Source: Oscillatoriales cyanobacterium PMM_0019
Lineage (GTDB): Bacteria > Cyanobacteriota > Cyanobacteriia > Cyanobacteriales > CASBRB01
DNA length: 49,435 nt
Direction of reading: 5' to 3'
NCBI GenBank assembly: GCA_949127975.1
Contig: CASBRB010000229.1
Location: 1 to 49,435 of the forward strand
The notes under the pieces: generated by a model
Seen by the model: the letters and a program-made list of their open reading frames with translations, nothing else
Told to the model about the DNA's origin: nothing
Databases searched by the model: none
Translations under genes and position numbers: made by a program
Shown: positions 28,624 to 38,529 of the stretch, in pieces
Layout: each line of letters opens with the position of its first letter
Position numbering within the stretch: position 1 is the first letter of the stretch

Positions 28624-29286
28624 ATGACTAACGGTAAGTCGGAATCAATCGGGATACGGGTACCAGCCGAGTTGATGGCTGAATTGGAAAGTGTAGGCAA
28701 TGGTACAGCTTACTATCGGAAAGAACGGAAAAACCGAAGGAATACCAGGAATTATGATTTAACCCGCCTACTGCTGGATGCGATTCGTGCTGGGCTGTCG
28801 GTGATTAAGTCTGGGGAATATGTGCCAGTGTCAGAGGTTACTCTGAAACAAGAGTTAGACGATGTTAAACAAAAACTACAGGTATTGTTTAACAAGGTGT
28901 CTAACTTAGAGGATAAAGGTTTGTCTAACAATACGCCAGACGAAAAGGCAAATAAATGTCCGATCGCTAACCTAGAAGAGATTATACAAGAAAAGGATAG
29001 AGCGATCGAGGAACTAGAAACCATCAAAGCTTATACCAAGCAGCAGGAGGAGTTAGTTAACAAATATTATGACCAAATGAATTACTGGAAAACTAAAGCT
29101 GAAAAAAAGTGGGATGTCATCAATAACTATGAAATAGAGAAGCAAAAAACTGTTCAACTTCAAGCTCAAACAGAGACGCTGCGAGAACAACTGGCAGCGG
29201 CACAAGCAAAGGTAGCGCGGCTATCCTCATCACCACCTACACCAGTAATCATCGATACCTTGGCAATTTCTATATCAACACTGTAA
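28624..29286 (+). CDS. Hypothetical protein: ribbon-helix-helix-like N-terminus and long coiled coil
   Basis: SIGIRVPAELMAEL..LTRLLLDAIRAGL, then heptad-rich E/K/Q region. Confidence 0.65.
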   Translation: MTNGKSESIGIRVPAELMAELESVGNGTAYYRKERKNRRNTRNYDLTRLLLDAIRAGLSVIKSGEYVPVSEVTLKQELDDVKQKLQVLFNKVSNLEDKGLSNNTPDEKANKCPIANLEEIIQEKDRAIEELETIKAYTKQQEELVNKYYDQMNYWKTKAEKKWDVINNYEIEKQKTVQLQAQTETLREQLAAAQAKVARLSSSPPTPVIIDTLAISISTL

Positions 29287-29304
29287 GTCTTTGTAGTCTT
29301 TTGT

Positions 29305-29381
29305 AGGTTGGGTTGAGGAACGAAACCCAACATTACCACTGTGGGTTTATGTTGGGTAACGCTTACGCTCTACCCAACCTA
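29305..29381. repeat. Inverted pair of GTAGGTTGGG REPs (REPIN-like)
   Basis: gtaggttgggttgaggaacgaaacccaac...gttgggtaacgcttacgctctacccaacctac; close inverted copy at 36185-36264. Confidence 0.85.
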
Positions 29382-29670
29382 CAGCCGCTAGAATGGATAT
29401 CAGTACTGTAGCATACACCTTGGCAACTCTTAGATAATCCTGAAATATGATTCGAGGGATGTTTGGAGATAAGGGACAAATATATTTTGACATTGAGTTG
29501 AGTGATGAATCCGGTTTTAATACCATAGTAGTAGGTACACTAAGTCAAAAGTCGTAGTCAAAGTTCTCTAGTTAGTCATGGTTGAAATCAAGACATTTTT
29601 CAGATGTCAAGCTAATTTTAAAAATCTACTATGAGGATAGTTGAAATTACACACAACAGGAAACAACACC

Positions 29671-30126
29671 ATGCGTTTTATCTCTAAAAAAACTCTTTCT
29701 GCTCTTGCTGGATTGACCTTATTAGCAGGTGGAATTGCTGCTCCAGTTCTGGCTCAGACAACTAATACTCCTCAAAATAATGTCGAACAACACCATAAAC
29801 GGGGTGGAGATGATTGGGCTGCTAAGTTAAATTTAACAGACGCACAGAAAGCTCAGATTAAGTCAATCCGCCAAGCGGAACGAACTGAGACACAAAGCAT
29901 TTTCACAACCGAACAACAGGCTCAACTCGCTCAAGCAAAAGCTAATCATACCCGACCACAACTTAACCTCACGGATGCTCAAAAACAACAACTGCGTGCA
30001 ATTCACCAAAAGTATAAAGCTCAGTTTGAGGCACTGCTGACCCCAGAGCAACAGCAACAAATCCAACAGTTCAAGGCACAACACCAAAACCATCAGCATA
30101 ACGATGGGAATACTTCTAACCAATAA
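29671..30126 (+). CDS. Spy/CpxP-family periplasmic chaperone (LTXXQ motifs)
   Basis: Signal peptide; LTDAQ, FTTEQ, LTDAQ, LTPEQ. Confidence 0.88.
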   Translation: MRFISKKTLSALAGLTLLAGGIAAPVLAQTTNTPQNNVEQHHKRGGDDWAAKLNLTDAQKAQIKSIRQAERTETQSIFTTEQQAQLAQAKANHTRPQLNLTDAQKQQLRAIHQKYKAQFEALLTPEQQQQIQQFKAQHQNHQHNDGNTSNQ

Positions 30127-30212
30127 TCGAGACTAGGCAGGTTTTCAGGGGAGCATATATAGCGGTTCCCAGGGGGATTGCCCCTACAAACCGCTATATT
30201 GTAGAGGCAGTG

Positions 30213-31130
30213 CTACAGTGCTGAAACAGTTGCTTCAGAGAAGCCTAAAAGATTTTGTGTCTGTGCGGTAATGCCAAACAGCTTATCGGCATGGCAGAAG
30301 ATTTCCCAGCCACGAACTGACATAGAACCAATACCAACGAGCGCTAGGGGAACCGCTGCTACACCTAGGAGAAATGCGATGCTTGGGAACATCATGCAGA
30401 TTGCCATCAAAACGCCTGTCATGACAGCTCCAGCAATACCAGCAGTGGCGGTAGCAACGGTGACTCGTTGCACCAACTCTTGCTGGGTAATTTTACCTTC
30501 AACACATAACAGGGAGTTTTCTAAAAGTGAGAATACTAACTCAACCGCAGCAGCAACAACTGCGCCTTGGATAGCTGCCCCAACTACTTCTGAAACTGCT
30601 GCCTTGAAAGCTGCATCAGCCAAAACTTTCTTCGCGGCAGCTAGCTCTTTTGGAGTCATATCTGCACCACCGCGAGCGCGGTTAATCCAAAATTGTTCAA
30701 AAATACCGTTAGAGGCTTCGCTTCCACCCTCATTAACATAAGCTTTGATGTGACTCCAATCCTTATCTGAGCAGAATTTGCGGATTGCCTCCGGCCCTTG
30801 GGCGCGAATTTGAGCGGGAATAGTTTCAAATACTTTAGCCGCTTCCTGGAAATTACGCATCCCGTGACGTACCCCAGATCGAGCAAATTTTAGTTGCATC
30901 TGTAGTGACAAGTTATCAAAACAAATGTTGTGTGCCACCTGAAAAGCTTCTTGAGCCATGATAGTAGCAGAACTGGCAACTGAACAGGGCATCTCTTTGA
31001 CTATGCCAGTGACTTGAGTCACATTTTCCTGGATTTGGGAGATAGCCTGGTTGGTCAAATTTTGAGTGTTGGCAACAGCTTCAGTAACTTTAGCACCCAA
31101 AAAATCGATGGGGTTGATGTGGATTTCCAT
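30213..31130 (-). CDS. Hypothetical protein with an HNH-like motif and hydrophobic Ala/Gly-rich C-terminal helices
   Basis: DWSHIKAYVNEGGSEASNGIFEQFWINRARG; start at ATG 31130 (the ORF-track extension is repeat-derived). Confidence 0.6.
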   Translation of the reverse strand: MEIHINPIDFLGAKVTEAVANTQNLTNQAISQIQENVTQVTGIVKEMPCSVASSATIMAQEAFQVAHNICFDNLSLQMQLKFARSGVRHGMRNFQEAAKVFETIPAQIRAQGPEAIRKFCSDKDWSHIKAYVNEGGSEASNGIFEQFWINRARGGADMTPKELAAAKKVLADAAFKAAVSEVVGAAIQGAVVAAAVELVFSLLENSLLCVEGKITQQELVQRVTVATATAGIAGAVMTGVLMAICMMFPSIAFLLGVAAVPLALVGIGSMSVRGWEIFCHADKLFGITAQTQNLLGFSEATVSAL

Positions 31131-31213
31131 CTCTGTGATTTTAATAATTACAAAACTTAGTATTATTATATAGCGTTGTAGGTTGGGTTGAGGAACGAAA
31201 CCCAACATTAAGG

Positions 31214-31346
31214 AGCGATCGGGAGTTAGAATTGGTAGTTGGAGGTTTAAACCCGCAACCACTACCACCAGGGCGTTATTTGTCGGCTAGCTAAACCTTT
31301 CAACCCGCAACCACTACCACCAGGGCGTTATTTGTCGGCTAGCTAA
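31214..31346 (+). pseudogene. Relic double-glycine RiPP precursor with a tandemly duplicated core
   Basis: 31214-31294 reads SDRELELVVGG-LNPQPLPPGRYLSAS*; 47-bp duplicate at 31302-31348; no in-frame start upstream. Confidence 0.65.
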
Positions 31347-31538
31347 ACTGCGCCATAAATACCAACAGGCTATCGAGGCTTACGGGGTATGCAGGATATC
31401 GATCGCTGGTGGGTCTACAACACTTAGTGTGATTTTTTACTAATCAATTGGCTTGTAGGTTGAGCAGCAGCGTTACCCAACGTTTAAAGCGAATAAGTTG
31501 GGTTTCGTTCCTCAACCCAACCTACAATCCTTGAACTA

Positions 31539-32513
31539 TTACTTAGAGTTAATAACTAAGGTAATCGAGGTTTTTGTACCGATTGTAACTGGTTTGCTTC
31601 TGCTAGGATTGCTCACCTCCATTTGGATATTTACTTGGGTGGATAAGTTGGAAATAATTGGCTCCAGCTTGTTTAACGACAGTTGCACTTGCCCCTGTCC
31701 CTGTAAATTTAATGATTTTAGATTTATGTTAGTTTTCGTCGGCATTTCTGGTAAAATCAATTTTTGGGATTTGGCGTCACCATTTATACTCACATTTAGG
31801 GTGGCAACACCATCTTTGAAATTTACCAACTGATAGGTAGTAGTCATGGGTAAATTAACGCCGTTAAAATTAACTGAGGTGGAATTACGCCACTGGGCTC
31901 CTATGCCAATCGCTTCTGCGGGTAGTGGTGCAGATACTTGATTCATGGAGTCTGATAGTTGATTAAAGATTTTTTTTGAGTTGGCGTCAAGTCCTGGGGG
32001 CAAAGAAAAATTAATTGTTATAGGCTTGCCTCGGTTATCGATGACGAAAAAGCTGCTAGTACCGACTAAGGCTTTGAGGCGCGATCGGATTGCCTCGATC
32101 GCTTTTGGTGACATACTATTATCAGGGATAACATCAGCGTTAGTATAAGTTACCTTAGCGTGAATATTCCCGTTAGCATCGACTTGAGTGACATTAGTCT
32201 CCATCGTGATAACACTTGCCGGAGTTTTGAAAGGGGGCATAGACTTGCCTGCTACAGACATGGCAAAATCCATATTCAAAGTCATGGTTGTCGTTTCCTT
32301 AGCATTAACACTTGGTTGGAAACGCAGTTGCTGCCTAGGTTTAGCCCCAGCATTGAGCAATTCTAAATGGGATTGTATAATCGGGGTAGTTCGAGGGGAG
32401 CTATTGACTTGTTGCTTGTCAGTTGTCAGGATTTGGGCGCTAACGGGTGCATTTAGAGGTTTTGCACCCCATCCGACGGTGAAAAATATCAACAAAGCTA
32501 ATGTTTTTTTCAT
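31539..32513 (-). CDS. Secreted beta-rich hypothetical protein (DUF6263-like)
   Basis: Signal peptide; LELLNAGAKPRQQLR, PLPAEAIGIGAQW. Confidence 0.7.
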   Translation of the reverse strand: MKKTLALLIFFTVGWGAKPLNAPVSAQILTTDKQQVNSSPRTTPIIQSHLELLNAGAKPRQQLRFQPSVNAKETTTMTLNMDFAMSVAGKSMPPFKTPASVITMETNVTQVDANGNIHAKVTYTNADVIPDNSMSPKAIEAIRSRLKALVGTSSFFVIDNRGKPITINFSLPPGLDANSKKIFNQLSDSMNQVSAPLPAEAIGIGAQWRNSTSVNFNGVNLPMTTTYQLVNFKDGVATLNVSINGDAKSQKLILPEMPTKTNINLKSLNLQGQGQVQLSLNKLEPIISNLSTQVNIQMEVSNPSRSKPVTIGTKTSITLVINSK

Positions 32514-32674
32514 TTTTGAGAAAAACCATACTGGCTAGCCGAATAGCAGAATGGGCATATGTAGGGGCAATCCCCAAGTGGGTTGCCCCTGCCAACTAAC
32601 ATCGCGAAATAACCCTTAATATAGATATTAGCTCATATTCACGAATAAACCGAGTTTTCACGGCAACTTTTTTT

Positions 32675-35600
32675 ATGGTAATCACACAATCTGACTTAGA
32701 ACAAATTATTGCCCAAGCTAGCTTTATATCAGAACGTCTCTCCACATCTTTTTCAAAACTTAAAAACGATGAGGCGTTCAAAATTGATACCACCGCAGTT
32801 AGTCAACAGCAAGTTAGCGACGAGCGACTAGCCCGCTGGTGTCACGTAGTTGCCCAAGGAAACTGGGAAAAATTTCACAAGCGGCTACAATGGGATGGGT
32901 TAGATATCGACACAGTACGCCCGATACTAGGCTCTTACTCTTTTGAGTATACTGGAGAAGCCCAGGAAATGCCAACCTGGGGGGAAACTTTGAGGGAGAT
33001 TATTCAATCTGCCACGGAATTAGACTTGCAGGATAAAACAAACATCCCCCGTGAACCGGAAAATCCGGTGCCGTTTGAAGATGTGTTGTTGCCTGCTGTA
33101 TTAGTGGCACGGCAGAAATTACTAACTGCATTGGATTCTCCTTCATTATCCCCAGACAGCTTACCCTTGGCATTGCTGACGGAAGCAGCCTACAAAAAAT
33201 TAGAACACAGCCTGCTAGAAAGGCTAGTGCAAATCTGCGGGAAAACTTTAGACTTTGAATTTACTCATTCGCGTCCCCTGGGGCACAACTTGCTCAGTCT
33301 GCTGATAGGAGAAACCCAAGAAAATAGCACAGATGGATACAACGCCTTTGTTGATAAATTATTACAGGATGGGCTATTGACATTTTTCCAGAAATACCCA
33401 GTGCTGGGCAGGTTAATGGCAACTGCTATTGACTTGTGGGTAGAAGTAACAGCGGAATTGTTGCAACGTATCCAGGCTGATTTATCCGAAATTCAGCAAA
33501 TATTCAGTCAACAGTCAACAATCAACAAAGTTACTGAAATCAAAACTTCTTTATCAGATCCCCATAATCGAGGGCGTTCTGTAACTATACTAACATTCGA
33601 TTCTGGGTTAAAGCTCGTCTACAAACCTAAGAATATCGGGTTAGAAGTTGCCTATAACCAGTTTTTAGAATGGTGCAATCAGCAAATAAACAATTCTCCC
33701 CCTCTTTTCTTCAAAATAATCAAGATAATCAATCGGGAAACTTACGGCTGGGTGGAATATGTAGAGCATCTGCCCTGTGAAGATGAAGCAGCAGCAGAGC
33801 GCTTCTATCAGCGGGCGGGAAAGTTGTTGTGCCTGCTGTATTTTTTGAGAACAACTGACTGTCACCGTGAAAATTTAATAGCTAGTGGTGAACATCTGGT
33901 GTTAATTGATATGGAAACCCTGATGCACCATGAAGCTAATTCATTTGGCAACCCCCTAGGAGAGACAACCACCCAGACGGTTTTGACTCAACAGCTCTAC
34001 AATTCAGTTTTGCGTACAGGAATCTTGCCCAGTTGGGAGATTAATCGAGATAACGAAGTTGCTTACGATATTAGTGGCTTAGGCAGCGTCGAGGCACAGC
34101 AAACACCCAGACGTAGTTGGCGCTGGAAATCAATCAATACAGATGATATGCGACTGAGTTACGATAATTTTACAGTACCATTAGAAAAAAATAGTCCAAT
34201 TTTGAATGGAGTACCCCTGTCACCTAATGACTACCTTGACAGTATAGTCGCAGGGTTTAAGCAGATGTACCACTTCCTGCTAGAGCAGCGACAAACGCTG
34301 CTAGCAGAAGATTCACCATTGGCAGCATTCTCAGCACAGCGCGTGAGGTTTGTTTTCCGCCCTACTAAAATTTACTTTTTGGTTTTAAACAAATCTTTTG
34401 CCCCTGAATTTCTTAAAAATGGGGTAGACTGGAGCATAGAACTAGAAGCTATGAGTCGGGCTTTTCTCACACCCCCACATAAACCTTATAATTGGTCAGT
34501 ATGTGGCAGCGAACTCAGCGCCATGCAGCAGTTGGATATTCCCTACTTTGCAGCATCCTCTGACAGCGATGTTCTCAGCTATGGGGTGATGTCACCTATT
34601 GAACATTTTTTTAAAAAACCCAGCTACAGCCAAGTCATAACCCAGCTAGCATCTCTCGATGAAACAGATTTAGCTCGACAAGTTGCCTTGATTCAGGGGG
34701 CTTTTTATGCTAGAGTAGCGCGGCAACCTGGAAGTATTACAGAATCGGATACCGAGAGTACGACGCTCGAAGAAGCTGATTTTTCCCAAGTCTGTGCTTT
34801 AACTGTTGAACAATTGCTTGGGCAAGCTAGTCAGATTGCCCAAGATATTCAGGCACGGGCGATTAAAGAAACCGATGGCAGTGTAAACTGGATTGGCTTA
34901 AGTTATATTCCCAAGGTCGAGCGGTTCCAACTCATGCCCTTGGGCGATAACTTCTATGATGGTAGTTGTGGGATTGCCTTATTTCTGGCAGCTTTGGATT
35001 ATGTAAAGGGCAACAGCGAATTCCGGCACCTAGCTTTAGGAGCAATACATTCCTTACGTCAATTCTTACAGAAAGCTAAACCTGAAGACCTGCAAGAATT
35101 TGCTCAAGTGGGAATTGGTGGAGCTGCGGGACTTGGTTCTATAATATATTGTCTAGTGAAGATGAGTCAATTCCTTCAGGAAACAGAGCTTTTAGCAGAC
35201 GCCCAGAAATTTGCCAACTTAATTACTCCCGAACTGATAGCCAGCGATAAGGACTTGGACATAGTCAAGGGAGCAGCAGGAGCAATCTTGGGGCTATTGG
35301 CACTTTATAATGAAACCAAGGATGGGGCAGTTTTAGATAAAGCGGTAATCTGCGGACAGCATCTGGTGGAGCATCAAATGAGTAGTGAAGATGGTATTGG
35401 AGCGTGGAAAACCTTTGCCCAAAAGCCATTAACAGGTTTTTCTCATGGAGCCGCTGGCATTGCCTACTCCTTGCTAAGACTATATAAAGTAACACAACAA
35501 GACGCCTTTTTAAAAGTAGCGAGTGAAGGAATTGCTTACGAGCGTAGTGTATTTGAGCCCAGTGTCGCTAATTGGCCAAATTTTATAGTGTCTGGCGATT

Positions 35601-36031
35601 CTGAAAATGTAACCCCAGGTTTTATGGTGAGCTGGTGTCATGGCGCACCTGGGATTGGCTTAGGGAGGCTGGGCGGTTTATCTATATTAGATACTGATGA
35701 AATTCGTCAAGACATAGAAGCAGCATTACTGACTACAAAGAATTACAACTGGCAAGGTGTAGCTCATCTGTGCTGCGGGCAATTTGGCAGAATAGAAATG
35801 CTGCTGGTGGCTGCTCAGAAGCTTCAGCGGAAAGAATTGCGAGACATCGCTCAACTAAGGGCTGCTTGGGTGATAGCCAACGCTTCAAAAACAGGAGCAT
35901 TCAAACTATTTCTTAACTTGCCATCAGAAGTATTCATCCCCTGTTTCTTTCAGGGAAATGCAGGCATTGGCTACGAGTTGCTGCGGTTAGCGAAGCCAGA
36001 GGTACTACCCTCAGTGCTATTATGGGAATAA
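32675..36031 (+). CDS. lanM: Class II lanthipeptide synthetase
   Basis: Dehydratase motifs KLVYKP, YGWVEYV, TDCHRENLI, IDMETL, RPTKIY; cyclase motifs GFSHGAAG, WCHGAPG, LCCG. Confidence 0.96.
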   Translation: MVITQSDLEQIIAQASFISERLSTSFSKLKNDEAFKIDTTAVSQQQVSDERLARWCHVVAQGNWEKFHKRLQWDGLDIDTVRPILGSYSFEYTGEAQEMPTWGETLREIIQSATELDLQDKTNIPREPENPVPFEDVLLPAVLVARQKLLTALDSPSLSPDSLPLALLTEAAYKKLEHSLLERLVQICGKTLDFEFTHSRPLGHNLLSLLIGETQENSTDGYNAFVDKLLQDGLLTFFQKYPVLGRLMATAIDLWVEVTAELLQRIQADLSEIQQIFSQQSTINKVTEIKTSLSDPHNRGRSVTILTFDSGLKLVYKPKNIGLEVAYNQFLEWCNQQINNSPPLFFKIIKIINRETYGWVEYVEHLPCEDEAAAERFYQRAGKLLCLLYFLRTTDCHRENLIASGEHLVLIDMETLMHHEANSFGNPLGETTTQTVLTQQLYNSVLRTGILPSWEINRDNEVAYDISGLGSVEAQQTPRRSWRWKSINTDDMRLSYDNFTVPLEKNSPILNGVPLSPNDYLDSIVAGFKQMYHFLLEQRQTLLAEDSPLAAFSAQRVRFVFRPTKIYFLVLNKSFAPEFLKNGVDWSIELEAMSRAFLTPPHKPYNWSVCGSELSAMQQLDIPYFAASSDSDVLSYGVMSPIEHFFKKPSYSQVITQLASLDETDLARQVALIQGAFYARVARQPGSITESDTESTTLEEADFSQVCALTVEQLLGQASQIAQDIQARAIKETDGSVNWIGLSYIPKVERFQLMPLGDNFYDGSCGIALFLAALDYVKGNSEFRHLALGAIHSLRQFLQKAKPEDLQEFAQVGIGGAAGLGSIIYCLVKMSQFLQETELLADAQKFANLITPELIASDKDLDIVKGAAGAILGLLALYNETKDGAVLDKAVICGQHLVEHQMSSEDGIGAWKTFAQKPLTGFSHGAAGIAYSLLRLYKVTQQDAFLKVASEGIAYERSVFEPSVANWPNFIVSGDSENVTPGFMVSWCHGAPGIGLGRLGGLSILDTDEIRQDIEAALLTTKNYNWQGVAHLCCGQFGRIEMLLVAAQKLQRKELRDIAQLRAAWVIANASKTGAFKLFLNLPSEVFIPCFFQGNAGIGYELLRLAKPEVLPSVLLWE

Positions 36032-36064
36032 CTGACGATTAAGAATCGGGAACGGGGAACAGAT

Positions 36065-36294
36065 TTCTCGTTCCCAGGATGTGCCTGGGAATGCTGTGTG
36101 GAGGCAGACTTACGCGCACTGGGCACGCACAGGGGGTTTGCCCCTACTCACCCGCTATATATAGAGGCAGTAGTTGTAGTTGTAGTAGGTTGGGTAGAGC
36201 GATCGCGAAACCCAACATAAACCCACAGGGGTGATGTTGGGTTTCGTTCCTCAACCCAACCTACAAATATAGCAACCGCCTTGGCGGTTGCTTA
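36065..36294. repeat. Composite repeat block (CTCGTTCCC hairpin, MITE fragment, REPIN pair, AGCAACCGCC palindrome)
   Basis: Segments match the repeats at about 3706, 5846 and 29305; agcaaccgccttggcggttgct at 36271-36292. Confidence 0.75.
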
Positions 36295-36325
36295 CAATTG
36301 AATAAGTAGAACGGACAAAAATAGT

Positions 36326-37030
36326 GTGACACCAGAAAAAGTCAAGTTTGGACAACAGGTAGTCAATAAATTCATTGAGATGATCTTGGCGAGGATGATC
36401 GATGCTGAACTATGCCAAGTCCGCGTCAGAGCCAATCTCAAGCAATTAGCTCGTGGCGAACTCGATGGGCTGACTATCGAAATGTATGGTTTTAGGCTGC
36501 GTCAACACTTGCGAGTTACAGAATTTCGGTTCGATATTGGGGAAGCGGCGGTTAACATTCAAAGCATCATGCGCCGACAAATCGAACTACTGCATCCCTC
36601 AGAAGGCACTTTGCTCTTGGTGGTTACTCAAGAGCAGTTAACCAGTGTACTAAACTCCCTGAATGTATCTCCATCAGACGAACATCTTGAGCCAAAGAAG
36701 AGGCAGGTCAACTGTCAGCTAGGGGAAGATGGCGCAATGGTATTCCACTTTGAATGGATATATGCTGGAGAAATTGCATCTGGAAGTTGCACCGTCATAC
36801 CGCTTCTTAAAGCAGATGGTTCTGGAGTTGTGCTGAACCAAGGAAATAGGTCGGGCAAGGAACCACCTGACGAATTTGTTAGAGCAGTAAGCACCCAAGT
36901 AAGCGACATCTTGAGCCTAAGTGACATTGCTAATCTTGGGACAACTTTTCACTTTGAAAAGATTGATATCACAGCAGGTAAGATAACGGTACGAGCCACT
37001 ACCCATATCGAGCATTTTCCCAAAGTTTAA
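36326..37030 (+). CDS. LmeA/DUF2993-family phospholipid-binding protein
   Basis: GQQVVNK..E..L..MIDAE..QVRV...LARGELDGL.I, IELLHPSEG.L.LV.T. Confidence 0.75.
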   Translation: MTPEKVKFGQQVVNKFIEMILARMIDAELCQVRVRANLKQLARGELDGLTIEMYGFRLRQHLRVTEFRFDIGEAAVNIQSIMRRQIELLHPSEGTLLLVVTQEQLTSVLNSLNVSPSDEHLEPKKRQVNCQLGEDGAMVFHFEWIYAGEIASGSCTVIPLLKADGSGVVLNQGNRSGKEPPDEFVRAVSTQVSDILSLSDIANLGTTFHFEKIDITAGKITVRATTHIEHFPKV

Positions 37031-37087
37031 TCTAACAAAGAATTGGCTCTTTGGTACTTGTTATGCTAGAGCAACAGTTGATGGGTC

Positions 37088-37114
37088 GGGAACAGGGAAC
37101 AGGGAACAGGGAAC
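37088..37114. repeat. Heptamer tandem repeat (GGGAACA, STRR type)
   Basis: gggaaca three times plus gggaac. Confidence 0.8.
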
Positions 37115-38184
37115 GAGAAAATGGTTTGATTTCAGGCGTAGGAATTTTCAACCCTGACAGGCCGATAAGATTGTGTAGTCCTCTTGAGCGAGGACTTTAG
37201 CTATTAGCCTCTGGTTTAAACCAGAGGCGGGCTGTCGGATAATTTTTACCCCTATTATATTTTAAAAAATTTTCACCATCTGATGTTGGGTTTCGTTCCT
37301 CAACCCAACCTACAACTACAACTGGCTCTATATATAGCGGGTTCGTAGGGGCAAACCCCCTGTGGTTGCCCCTATATATGCCAGTATGCTACAGTACTGT
37401 TTAAAAAAAATCACCATCTGGGAGAGGGGAGTAAGAGTCGGAATTTCTTCTATTTCTCCCCTTCTCCCTTGATGGGAGAAGGGGTTGGGGGATGAGGGTG
37501 ATAACTTAGGTCTGGCGTACAATATGTTTAAGATACTTGATGAACGAGTCCCGATCGATCATTACTTTTGTGCTAATATTATTAAATTTCTATTACATTT
37601 TAGCATACTAAGTACGAAAGACCCGGATTGTCTGAGCGCGGCTGGGCAGTTTTCTCGTTCCGGTGGCTCTGCCTGGGAATGCTGTTTGTCGGCAGAGCCG
37701 ACAAGCCTTCGTTCCGGTGGCTCCTGCCTGGGAACGAGAAGAAAGGTTACGAAGTCATAAAGATGCCAAAGGATTCGATATTACTGGCTTTCCTCTATCT
37801 TAATAGATAAATCATAAGGCATAGTTAGAATAGAATTACACTTTTCAATCACCCTTCAACGATTTTAAAGAGAGCTATCTCTTGAGCCTGTACTTAAAAC
37901 TGATATAACCGTAAAACCTACCCTTAATAACAGGATAACAGAAATTGTTCTCAGTATTTACACGTATCAACATAGTATAATTACGTAGATTTAACTCCTT
38001 TTACTGGTTGATAAGTGGGGTATATACATAGATATTAATACACTTATCAAAAGTTTGATGCTAGTGGCTGTGGATGCTAAATAATCAAAAAAATCTTTAA
38101 AATTCAGTAGTTTCTCCAATGACGTTTTAAAAATAAACGGTGAAGATAAATATAGAGACAAGAAAAAAATTAAGGATTAAGCAA

Positions 38185-38529
38185 ATGTTCGGCCAAAAGA
38201 ATTGGAACCAATTTCTACAAATATTACAACAAGACCGCCAAGCTCAAGACAGTCTGAAGAAAGCGACAGACCAAGAAGGCTTTGTGAATCTGGCAGTTCA
38301 ACTGGGTAAACAAAAAGGCTTCAATTTCACCAGCAAAGATTTGAAAGCAATGCTTGCTCAAGCTCTAGCTCCAATCTCTGAAGAGCTTAGTGACGATGAA
38401 TTAGCGTGCGTGGCAGGAGGAGGAGACAACGACGACAAACCAAAAAATACACATAAGAACTGTGGCGTTGGTGGAACGTGCTATAATCATACATGTTGTG
38501 TTACTGGTGACCAGGCATATACTCTTTAG
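38185..38529 (+). CDS. lanA: Nif11-leader lanthipeptide precursor (79-aa leader, 35-aa core)
   Basis: Nif11-like leader ending EELSDDELACVAGG; core GDNDDKPKNTHKNCGVGGTCYNHTCCVTGDQAYTL; AAGGA RBS before ATG 38185. Confidence 0.9.
   Translation: MFGQKNWNQFLQILQQDRQAQDSLKKATDQEGFVNLAVQLGKQKGFNFTSKDLKAMLAQALAPISEELSDDELACVAGGGDNDDKPKNTHKNCGVGGTCYNHTCCVTGDQAYTL

Noticed and set aside
31131-31268. N-terminal extension of the 351-aa minus-strand ORF
   Set aside because: It runs through a REP (LGFVPQPNL) and the antisense of the precursor relic
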